A stretch of DNA of 54,978 bases, taken from contig CBDBIJ010000012.1 of NCBI GenBank assembly GCA_965205655.1, forward strand, positions 1 through 54,978, read 5' to 3'. The notes under the pieces were generated by a model, which was not told where the DNA came from, did not search any database, and was given only the letters and a program-made list of their open reading frames with translations. The first letter of the stretch is position 1. The number at the start of each line of letters is the position of its first letter. The position numbers were made by a program, and so were the translations under genes. Shown piece by piece: positions 41,198 through 49,235 of the stretch. Origin of the DNA: Candidatus Latescibacterota bacterium. Lineage in GTDB: Bacteria > Latescibacterota > UBA2968 > UBA8231.

Positions 41198-42529
41198 TTA
41201 CGCGGTGTCGAGGTTGTAGACGATCAACCTCATCAAGTCCTTGAGCGGATATGACGTCGGAAAGTGAAAGCGCACCGTGGTGGTTTGCTCCCGTACTCTG
41301 GCGCCGATTTTGAGGACGCGGAGTTGGATCGTGTCGAAGTTGGACGTCGTCCATTGGGTGCCTCGCATGCCGATATGTTTGATCGCGTGCACAAGCACAT
41401 AGGTGGCGCTGTGCAGGAAGAGGCGGAATTGGTTTGCCGGGAATCGATGGCAGGAGGTCCGGTCGGAGTTCAGGAAGGTCTTGTGATTCTTGATGAACCC
41501 TTCCGATCGTCCGCGAGCACAGTAGACCTTCTCATACAGAAACCTGGGCGTTCGGTTCCGAATGTTCGTGACCACAAAACGCGGGTTGGCCTTTCCTTGC
41601 GTAATCTCGGCCTTGTAGATGATCTGGCGCGGACGGCTCCAGCTATCGGCCTGATAATCGAAGCGTGTAAAGAGCCGCACCGGCTTTTCGGTCTGCTCCG
41701 CCAGGGCGGCTGCCTGCTCCATCAGCGGTGCGCCGAGCGCTTTGAGCTTCTGGTTGACCGCTTGTCCGAGAATGAACGCCAGGCCGTATTCGTCGCACAG
41801 GTCGTTCACCTCCGGGGTGCTAAAGTGCGCGTCACCACGCAAGGTGATCTGCACCTGCGGCCAGGCCATGAGGATATGATCCAGAACGCGTCTGAGAATC
41901 GCCGCGGCCTCGCGGCCACGGATTCTACGACCGGGTCGCAGAATGGTGGTGATCAACTTGCCTGTCTCTGCTTCGTAGAGATGGACGGGCAGGTAGCAGT
42001 ACTCGTCATAGTAAGCGTGAAACAACGACAGTTGCTGTGAACCGTGCGTGGCATCATCCGTGTCATCAATGTCCAGGATGATCTTCTTCGGCGGCTTGTC
42101 GTAGGACTCGATGAATGTTTCCAGTAACGCGAGCCCGATTCGGTAGAGGTCCGTGCGGCTGATACTGTTCTCGAAACGAGACATGGTCGGTTGACTGGCC
42201 AGATCGGCTCCCGTCAGGGGGAGTCGATCGCATGCTGCCTTCAGAGCCGGATCTGAACGCAGGTCGTTGCTGTCATTGGCGTCCTCGTACCCGCAGGCGA
42301 TCTGGAAGACGCGCTGCTTGATGAGGTCGGTATAGGTATGGTCGATATAGCTTTGATGTCGGCGATCACACAACGCCCTTACGATTCGGTCTACGATCCC
42401 TATCTTGGATTCCGCCTGCCGCAGGAGCAGGGCGCCCCCATCGCTGGTCGTCGTGCCGCCGTCAAAATCGGCTTCGATCTTCCTGCCCGAGATGCTTGCA
42501 AAGGATAACGTGATCTGCGACCTTTCCAT
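41198..42529 (-). CDS. IS1380-family transposase
   Basis: FDGGTTTSDGGALLL, GYEDAND, LASQPTMSRFEN, ILDIDDTDD, LRGDAHF, YCARGRSEGFIK. Confidence 0.96.
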   Translation of the reverse strand: MERSQITLSFASISGRKIEADFDGGTTTSDGGALLLRQAESKIGIVDRIVRALCDRRHQSYIDHTYTDLIKQRVFQIACGYEDANDSNDLRSDPALKAACDRLPLTGADLASQPTMSRFENSISRTDLYRIGLALLETFIESYDKPPKKIILDIDDTDDATHGSQQLSLFHAYYDEYCYLPVHLYEAETGKLITTILRPGRRIRGREAAAILRRVLDHILMAWPQVQITLRGDAHFSTPEVNDLCDEYGLAFILGQAVNQKLKALGAPLMEQAAALAEQTEKPVRLFTRFDYQADSWSRPRQIIYKAEITQGKANPRFVVTNIRNRTPRFLYEKVYCARGRSEGFIKNHKTFLNSDRTSCHRFPANQFRLFLHSATYVLVHAIKHIGMRGTQWTTSNFDTIQLRVLKIGARVREQTTTVRFHFPTSYPLKDLMRLIVYNLDTA

Positions 42530-42607
42530 CGCGGTGTCCTCTCAAATGGTTGTTGTTTGTGTCCAACCCTAACTCAGGGCAAAACAACCAGTTGTACAAG
42601 AGGTCAC

Positions 42608-43838
42608 CGCGAGTTCAACCAGTCAACGCAACACCTTCATTGAAGCGTTCTGCGGGTGAAACGAACCCCAACGTCTTCCGCGGGCGCTGGTTCAGTTGAA
42701 GAGCGACTCTGTTCAGGTCGGCTTGGGAGAATGGCGACAGATCGGTCTTCCTCGGGAAGTACTGTCGAAGACAGGCGATTCGTGTTCTCATTTGTGCCTC
42801 GTTGCCAGGGACTCTGAGGATCACAGAAATACACCTCGACGTCAGTTGCGATCGAGAACTCCTTGTGCCGAGCTAGCTCCATTCCTCGATCCCAGGTAAG
42901 GGACAACCGCACCGCGGAGGGGAGTCGTTTCACCTGGCTGATCAGCGCTCTGACAACGGTCTCGGTGTCTTTGCCGTTGAGCTTCACGAGCATCGTGAAC
43001 CGAGACTGCCGCTCCACCAACGTGGCGATGTGCGTGTTGTTCGACCCCGAGATCAAGTCTCCCTCCCAGTGGCCGGGAACGGCGCGGTCCTCGATCTCGG
43101 CAGGCCGCTCGCTGATGGATACGGCGTCGACGATCCGGCCTCTCGGCTGATCGCGTGTGCTTGCCTTCTTGGATCGCCGCATCATCCTTCGCGTCCGCAG
43201 ATGCGCAATGAGGTCCTTGTTGAGTGCCCCGCGTGCCTGGATGAAGAGAGTTCGATAGATCGTTTCGTGGGATATCTGCATATTTCCTAAAAGCGCATAC
43301 TCCCGCTTCAGCCATCCCGATATCTGCTCAGGTGACCACTTCAGGCGTAGCTTGTCCGCCACGACTCGCCGCAAACGAAGATTGGATGCGAGTCGGCAGC
43401 ATTTCGGCCGGCTGGCGCGCGTCCAGGCTGCTTGGTCGGCGACGTTTGCTCGGTACCTTTGCCGCCCGCCATTGCGGGCAATCTCTCGGCTAACCGTCGA
43501 GGGTGCACGCTCAACAGCGGCCGCAATTATTCGTATCGATTTTCCCGCAGCGATACCTCGAGAGATCTCTTCACGCTCTTCCCAGCCAAGAGCCCATCGA
43601 GAGCGTCGACGCGGCATTGGTACGATGCCCCCATTGGCGGTGATGACACCATGAATCGACGCCGGATGCTTCCCGAGCGCCCGACCAATATCGCTATGCG
43701 ACTGGCCGCTCTTCCATCGACGCCATACCTCCGACTTCTGTGACGCGGACAATCCTGGTCGTCCCATTTGAGCCATGTGCAACATCTCCTATGATTAGAT
43801 TAGTGGGGAGAATGTTGCATTGACCAATTGAATATACC
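42608..43838 (-). mobile_element. IS30-family element B (innermost; 1231 bp)
   Basis: 26-bp IRs CGCGAGTTCAACCAGTCAACGCAACA (42608-33) and rc GGTATATTCAATTGGTCAATGCAACA (43813-38); 2-bp duplication AC at 42606-07 and 43839-40. Confidence 0.9.
42615..43776 (-). pseudogene. IS30-family transposase with a +1 frameshift near 42771
   Basis: WSPEQISG, PGHWEGDLI, LTWDRGME, WQRGTNENTNRL, then continues in the 42615..42824 frame (LRQYFPRKTDLS..LNQRPRKTLG). Start probably MAQMG at 43776, with AGGAG 9 nt upstream. Confidence 0.9.
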
Positions 43839-44717
43839 ACAGCCTTTTTATGAATAATTCAGGTTAGTATGTGAATTCGCGGCGCTCAACAGGGCCAGGA
43901 CCTGACCGAAGAAGGCCGTCTTCTGCTCGACATCCGGAAAATGCTCGTCCACGATCTGATTGAACTGCACGTCGATGATGGCGGCCACGATCGCCACCAG
44001 CGCCGCCATGCTTCCCAGCAGCCGCACCAGCTCCGAGCGCCTGACTGCCGACAGAGTCCCGCCATCGATCTGTCCCGACCGCCGCTCACTCGCCCTGGGT
44101 GTGACCTCACTGGTGCGCACTGGATAGAGAATCAGTAGCGCCGCCCCGAGCGCGGCGCCGCAGATCAGCAACAGGTTTTCCGTTCCCACCATCGTCACGA
44201 CCCAGCTCGTGAATGCTCCACCGAAGATGGCGCCTACGATACCTGCCGTGCCGATTGTGCCGAACAGGCGCCTACCCTCTCTCGGGTTGAACACCGTATT
44301 CGCCAGCAGCCAGATCAACGACGTGGCCATGAGGCCGTAGATGTTCACCCACACGTAGAACAGGTAGAAACTCCACGAGAATCCGTACGGCAGAAGAAGT
44401 CGAAACCCGAAAAGAAACCCGATGAGGGCAACGAACGTGCACAGAATCAGTCGGTCGATCCGCACCGCGGCGGTGTAGCGCGTAAAAAGGAGCGCCGATC
44501 CCCCGCCGATCAGGGCCACGAGCATGAGCACATAAGGGAGCTGCTCGATGCCGATGCGGTCGAGGAAGAGCGCGTTGCGAGCCGGCTTGAGGATGTAGAG
44601 CGATGCCAGGACGAGGGCGTAGGCGCTCGACAGCGGGACGATGCGCGACAATTCCCGGCGCCGTATGCCGAACAAACGCCCGAAAAACCGGCTCATCGCG
44701 GTAAAAGCATGTGGGTG

Positions 44718-46119
44718 CTAGGAAGCGGTGGCTGCGTCTTCGCGTTCTTTGAAGGCGCGACCGGCGTAGCGGGCAGCCACGACCCAGAGGACGAGGATGA
44801 GGACGGTGATCAACGATAGCCAGCGGATTCCCTCGAAGCCGACGAAAATCGTTGTCATGGCCAGATTCAATCCGACGGCCAGAGCCTTGGCGAATCGCTG
44901 CACGAACATGTCGATGAACGCCTTCGCCTTGTACTTCTCGTCGCGCGTCGTCGGCACGTACAGCACTATCCTTGGCCGACTGATTGATGGAATAGCTGAA
45001 GCCGTTGTCCGCCGTGTTGAGAAGGCTGCCGAAGAGCAGCACTGGGAACACGAGGAAGCCCGCCGAACCGAGGAGCGCTGCGAGTGGCAGAAACAGAAGT
45101 GCCACTCCTACTCCGTATCGCGTCATGACAAAGCTCGTGAGGAGAAGCTGCACGAACAGCGCCGTCCAATTCGTGAACGCAAACACGTTCTTGATGTGGG
45201 CCTTTGCCAGGTCTGGTTCGAGAAAGTGAAATCCGGCGCTGGTAAACTGAAAGTCCATGATGTTGGAAACCATCTCGTAGAGACCGACGATCGCGACAAT
45301 CGATAGCAGGTAAGGGGAACGCAGAGCGAGCCGCGCACCCTCCACGGCCGGATTGCCCGAAGAGTTTGCCTGCGACTGATCACTCGTGGGGACTTCCGGA
45401 GGTGGATTTCGGCGTACGACACCGCCGGCAATCATGGCGATGACGACGAGAGCTACCGCGATCAGAGCCACGATCCACAACCAGGCGGAAGAGCTGACAT
45501 CGGCACCGGCGACGGTTGAAGTGCCGAAGACGCCTCCCAGAAGACCACCGAGGGCGATGAGCCCGTACAGGCGCTTCGCGGCGGCGGGCGTGACGCTGTC
45601 GTTGAGGAACGCGAAGAACGTCACCACCATCAGAGTGCTGTAGAGATCTCCGTAGAGGTAGAAGGACCACACCGTGAAGCCGCCCGGATCGTCCAGGGCG
45701 AAGCCATACCATATCGAGCCGACGATGAAGAAGGCGGAGAAAACGTAGGTGAGCTGCTGCCGTCGCAGCGACCGGGACAGATAGGAGAACGCGGTTGCCG
45801 CCAGGAGAGCGACTACCATGTTGAGGATTTTGGCGACTTGCTCGGCTTGAGCCCCGTCCAGCATCCAGCCGAAGAGATCGAAGCTCGATTCCTGATAGTG
45901 ACTGACGAGCACGATCTTCTTGATCGGCTTGAGAATCCAGAAGCTCGTGATGACGAAGAAGAAGTAGGAAAACATCAGCAGGGTGAACAGCCGCTCCTCC
46001 GGACGGAACGCCAGTATCTGCTTGATGATGAAGATTGTGAAAACTGCGGCGAGCACCCACTTGAGTTCCCCTACCCAGTGGATGAAAGCGTCGAAGAATG
46101 TGTAGCCGAATGCTTCCAT
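44718..46119 (-). CDS. NTT/TLC-family (ATP/ADP translocase-like) MFS transporter, apparent +1 frameshift near 44968
   Basis: SFWILKPIK, AKRLYGLIALGGLLGG, SNIMDFQF, YSINQSAKE-VLYVPTTRDEKYKAKAFIDMFVQRFAK are NTT hallmarks; about 466 aa when rejoined. Confidence 0.9.
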
Positions 46120-46121
46120 CG

Positions 46122-47804
46122 TTAGCTTTCGCGCTCTACGCGCGCTATCCGCAGCTGCCCATCACGACCCTCGTCAAAGAATACCCGTGTCGCCTTGCTC
46201 CACACGCCGCCCCGACGGCGTGTCTCGATCTCGTATCCCTGAAACCCTGCATCCGAGGAGCTCAAAAACGGGATTGCTGTGCCCTCCAACAAGGAGTCAT
46301 CGGCAACCGCTTTGCCGTGCTCGTCGAGCAAGCGATACCGGTATTCGGATTCCTCCGCCGTTTCCAGGCCGCCTGCGACCGCCAGATCGGTGAACGACAG
46401 TTCTTCCCCCCTCACTGCAAAGTGATCGAGGGGATTCACCTTCGCAAACCAGTATCGGCCGATCATGTCGCGCCGCTCGATGATCAGACGCGACAGCTCC
46501 TCCGCCGCATCCCGGTTCGACAGCCTGCCGCTACCCACGATGGCCCGGATTTCCTCGTCAGAAAAGGACATGACGATCTTGGCGCCCCAGTAGGCGTCCC
46601 GGTTCGTGCACCGCTCAAAGGCCGGATTCGGATAGGTGGGCACCCACCTGGCCGGCCGGAATGTCGCATTCTCGAAGTATCCGATCGAAGGGTACTTCAT
46701 CGGCTGCGGCGCTTCCCAGCCCTTCCGATAAAAGCCCAGCGCCACGATCGACAGCGCCACCGTGCGGGGATCCCACACGTACTCGTTGCCGTACTTGGGC
46801 GGGTGAGGCATGAGATTGCTGCTGCCGAAGGCGGAGCCCATGTCGATGAGGTAGTGCTTGATGTAGCACCGGCCGTCGGCTTCCTCGACGTACATGTCGA
46901 GCGTGTTGGCGGCCCTGCGGTCGGCGTCGTTCATCCACGAGCCGATCACCCTCAGACCGCGCAGCTCCCGCCGGTGCTCGTGGTCCACCCGGTCGTTCGC
47001 ATCGTCGCCGCGTGTTCCGTGATAGTCGAACACTCCCACCGGCGTGCCGCTCAGAAACCTGCTCGCCACGCAGCGCCGGGTGCCGTCAGGCTGCGGAATG
47101 ATGTTGTCCAGAATTCCCCGCATATCCGCCTCTTCCATCGGCCTCTTGCCGCCGCTCTCGGTCGGCACCGTCGCCTTGGGGCCGATGCGCAGCAGCTCTG
47201 GATCGAAGTAGATGACGGAATTGCGCGGCACGTTGTAGCCCGCGGCGTGCAGGAACTTCGTGGCGATCGCCTCCGCCGACGATCCCATCTCGTTGTTGCC
47301 CTCGGAGTCGAACTTCAGCAGACAACGCTCGCCTGCCGCGTCTTTGATGATGAACCCCGCCGTACCTCCCTCGAACTTGCCCTTTACGATTTCCCACGGC
47401 CCGCTGTCATCGGGATGGGCAAAGCCTGGCCCCTCCGTGAGCTCTTCCATGGACATGGGGTGGAGGAAATGGCGATTCGTGTACCAGGAGGAGGAGGGCA
47501 CTTCGTCCAGCGCGTTCACATTGTCCGCCTCGCGCGGGGACGCCACGTTGAGGAGGTTGCCGATGCGCCTGGCGCTCCAGCCCAGGTCGAGCAGTTTGCC
47601 GATCTGAAAGAACAATGTATGATCGGCGATATCCCACACCTGGTTCTCCTCGATTTCCGCCGGCTCGGGGATATGCCGATCATCCGGATCGAACCACTTG
47701 ATCGGTCCCGACGACAGCTCGCCGCCGTGCGCGGTCGTGGCCAGGATGACAAGCCCTGCGCCCGCCCACGCGGCTGCACCCGCCGGTGTCGCGAACCGCA
47801 CCAT
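46122..47804 (-). CDS. Exported protein with atypical protein-kinase-like (HipA/PI3K-like) motifs
   Basis: Signal peptide ending AHG; Gly loop GKFEGGTAGF; beta3 Lys LLKFD; helix-C Glu AEAIATKFLHAAGYNVP; catalytic loop WMNDADRRAANT; DFG-like YLIDMGSAFG. ORF is intact (560 aa). Confidence 0.75.
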   Translation of the reverse strand: MVRFATPAGAAAWAGAGLVILATTAHGGELSSGPIKWFDPDDRHIPEPAEIEENQVWDIADHTLFFQIGKLLDLGWSARRIGNLLNVASPREADNVNALDEVPSSSWYTNRHFLHPMSMEELTEGPGFAHPDDSGPWEIVKGKFEGGTAGFIIKDAAGERCLLKFDSEGNNEMGSSAEAIATKFLHAAGYNVPRNSVIYFDPELLRIGPKATVPTESGGKRPMEEADMRGILDNIIPQPDGTRRCVASRFLSGTPVGVFDYHGTRGDDANDRVDHEHRRELRGLRVIGSWMNDADRRAANTLDMYVEEADGRCYIKHYLIDMGSAFGSSNLMPHPPKYGNEYVWDPRTVALSIVALGFYRKGWEAPQPMKYPSIGYFENATFRPARWVPTYPNPAFERCTNRDAYWGAKIVMSFSDEEIRAIVGSGRLSNRDAAEELSRLIIERRDMIGRYWFAKVNPLDHFAVRGEELSFTDLAVAGGLETAEESEYRYRLLDEHGKAVADDSLLEGTAIPFLSSSDAGFQGYEIETRRRGGVWSKATRVFFDEGRDGQLRIARVERES

Positions 47805-49235
47805 CAGAACTCCTGCTCCAGCGAGAACCCCAGCAGCGCGGTCTCTTCGGCGCTGTGGGCAATCCGCGCGCTGATCAGAAACGCCTCCACGGTCCGCAGG
47901 CTCACCCCCACTCCGAACGAGGAGTTGAACTCGCCGGGGTCGATGTCGCCGTATTCATCGAACATCTGGCCCTCCTCGTGGAACAGGAAGGCGTTCCACG
48001 TGTCCCAGATGGGCTAGCGGTACTCGATGAAGAGCAGCAGTGTCCCCTCTCCGCGCAATGAGCCGCGCTTGTAGCCGCGCAGTCGCTGACTGCCTCCCAG
48101 CGTCGGCAGGTCGGGATACGGGATGATGCCGTCGTCGATGCCGTGCACCTTGTCCAGCCTCGCCCGCACCGCCGCAATCCGGTTGCGCCAGAACAGGGTG
48201 CGGAAGCGCTGGACTTCGGCCCCCAGGCGCAGGAAGCGCGCATCATCCGAGCCGGTCACATAATCCGCCTCCACCTGCAGCAGCCCGCCCGATTCCGGAA
48301 AGGTGATGTCGCGAAAGCTGTGGTAGATGCCGTCGCGCTCTACGAGCACGCGCCCCGGAAAGTGGTAGATCAGTGGATGCGACAGCTGTCGTACCGGCTC
48401 CGCGAAATGGCGATCGTCGTAGGCGATGCGGCCGACGATGGAGAGCAGCGAAATCTGTTTGCCGAGCCCGGCGTAGCGCTGGGCAGTCGCCGTCTTCCCA
48501 ATCCCCGCCTCGATCGAAGACACCGCGTCGTGCGGTTTCAGATCACGCGAACCCCAGCCGATGCGGCCTTCGATCGTTGTGCTTTTGCTGTAGAGCTCGA
48601 GCTCTCCCGCGTTCGACCTCCATCCGAGAGTGGCGCCGCCGTCAAACCGGTCAATCTCGAAAAGCGCCAGATCGTCATCTTGAAACCCCCCGTTGACCGT
48701 CGCGTCTTCGTTGTCCGTCTTCAGATAGTCGGCCGACGCATTCCAGTAGAAGGGACCGCCGAACAGGTTTTCGTCGGTGTAGAGCAACTCGGCTCTCTGA
48801 CGATTGCTGTTGGAGAAGACGTAGAACGCGTCGAGCATGTTCTCGCGCTCGAACAGGTCCGTGTGGAAGAGCCTCACGGCCCCACCTGTCGATGTCTCGC
48901 CGCCGAGTTGAACCTGCGGGGAAAATGCCGAACGTCTGATCCGCGTTCGTAAACCAGTCGTTCACCCGTTGCGGCAGCTCGGTGTGCTCGGCGTAAATCG
49001 TGAACTGGCCGACCGGATAGACAAAATAGTTCCAGATTGTCTGGGGGAATGTCAGAATTGGGTAGTGCTTCGTCTCGTAGGCCGTGACGCTGTCGCTTGC
49101 CGCGGCCGTCTGACCGCTGTCGCCGTGCAGCGGCCCCGTCAACAGCGCCGTGACGCACAGCCATCTCGCCAGACCGCGCCATTGCCGGCTCGAACCGTCA
49201 GCTGCGATCCTTGCCGGTACGCCGGCAGCCCTCAA
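47804..49235 (-). pseudogene. Omp85/BamA-TamA family beta-barrel without POTRA domains; frameshift near 48918 and in-frame TAG at 48014-48016
   Basis: Signal-like N-terminus; YTDENLFG; Omp85 loop motif LGGSQRLRGY; EYR*PIW; reads on in frame to ..LLGFSLEQEF* (C-terminal Phe), with the TGA overlapping the kinase ATG. Start is uncertain (TTG overlapping the RND stop). Confidence 0.8.

Larger units (their letters stand above)
40993..43863 (-). mobile_element. IS1380-family element (about 1638 bp without insert)
   Basis: 17-bp IRs CCTGAATAATTCATAAA (40993-41009) and TTTATGAATAATTCAGG (43847-43863); 4-bp duplication TTAG at 40989-92 and 43864-67. Confidence 0.93.
39949..43881 (-). mobile_element. 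IS30-family element A (outer; about 1058 bp without inserts)
   Basis: IR CGTAGCATCAACTTTGAAGTGCAACA (39949-39974). The other IR is split by IS1380 (40981-40992 + 43868-43881; rejoined rc CGCGAATTCACATACTAAGTGCGACA). 3-bp duplication GCG at 39946-48 and 43882-84. Confidence 0.88.
37969..44696 (-). pseudogene. NTT (TLC/Npt-like nucleotide transporter)-HEAT repeat protein, interrupted by nested IS and two frameshifts
   Basis: N-part 44696-43882 (YILKPARNALFL, FNPREGRRLFG). It resumes at 39945 (FALLFQVVATPRILR..KSATEILYLPIP..KMLLDT), then HEAT repeats. Removing the IS and the GCG duplication restores ..LALLSA-FALLFQ.. in frame. Extra bases near 39152 and 38550; about 929 aa when reconstructed. 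Confidence 0.9.

Noticed and set aside
44272..46119. 615-aa NTT with a long Arg-rich tail
   Set aside because: The tail is out-of-frame sequence after the frameshift near 44968; the real C-terminus is the 44718-44966 ORF.
48014..48016. Pyrrolysine or genome-wide TAG recoding
   Set aside because: TAG is used as a normal stop in nqrE, the TonB receptor, the symporter and lpdA; no pyl genes are present in the window.
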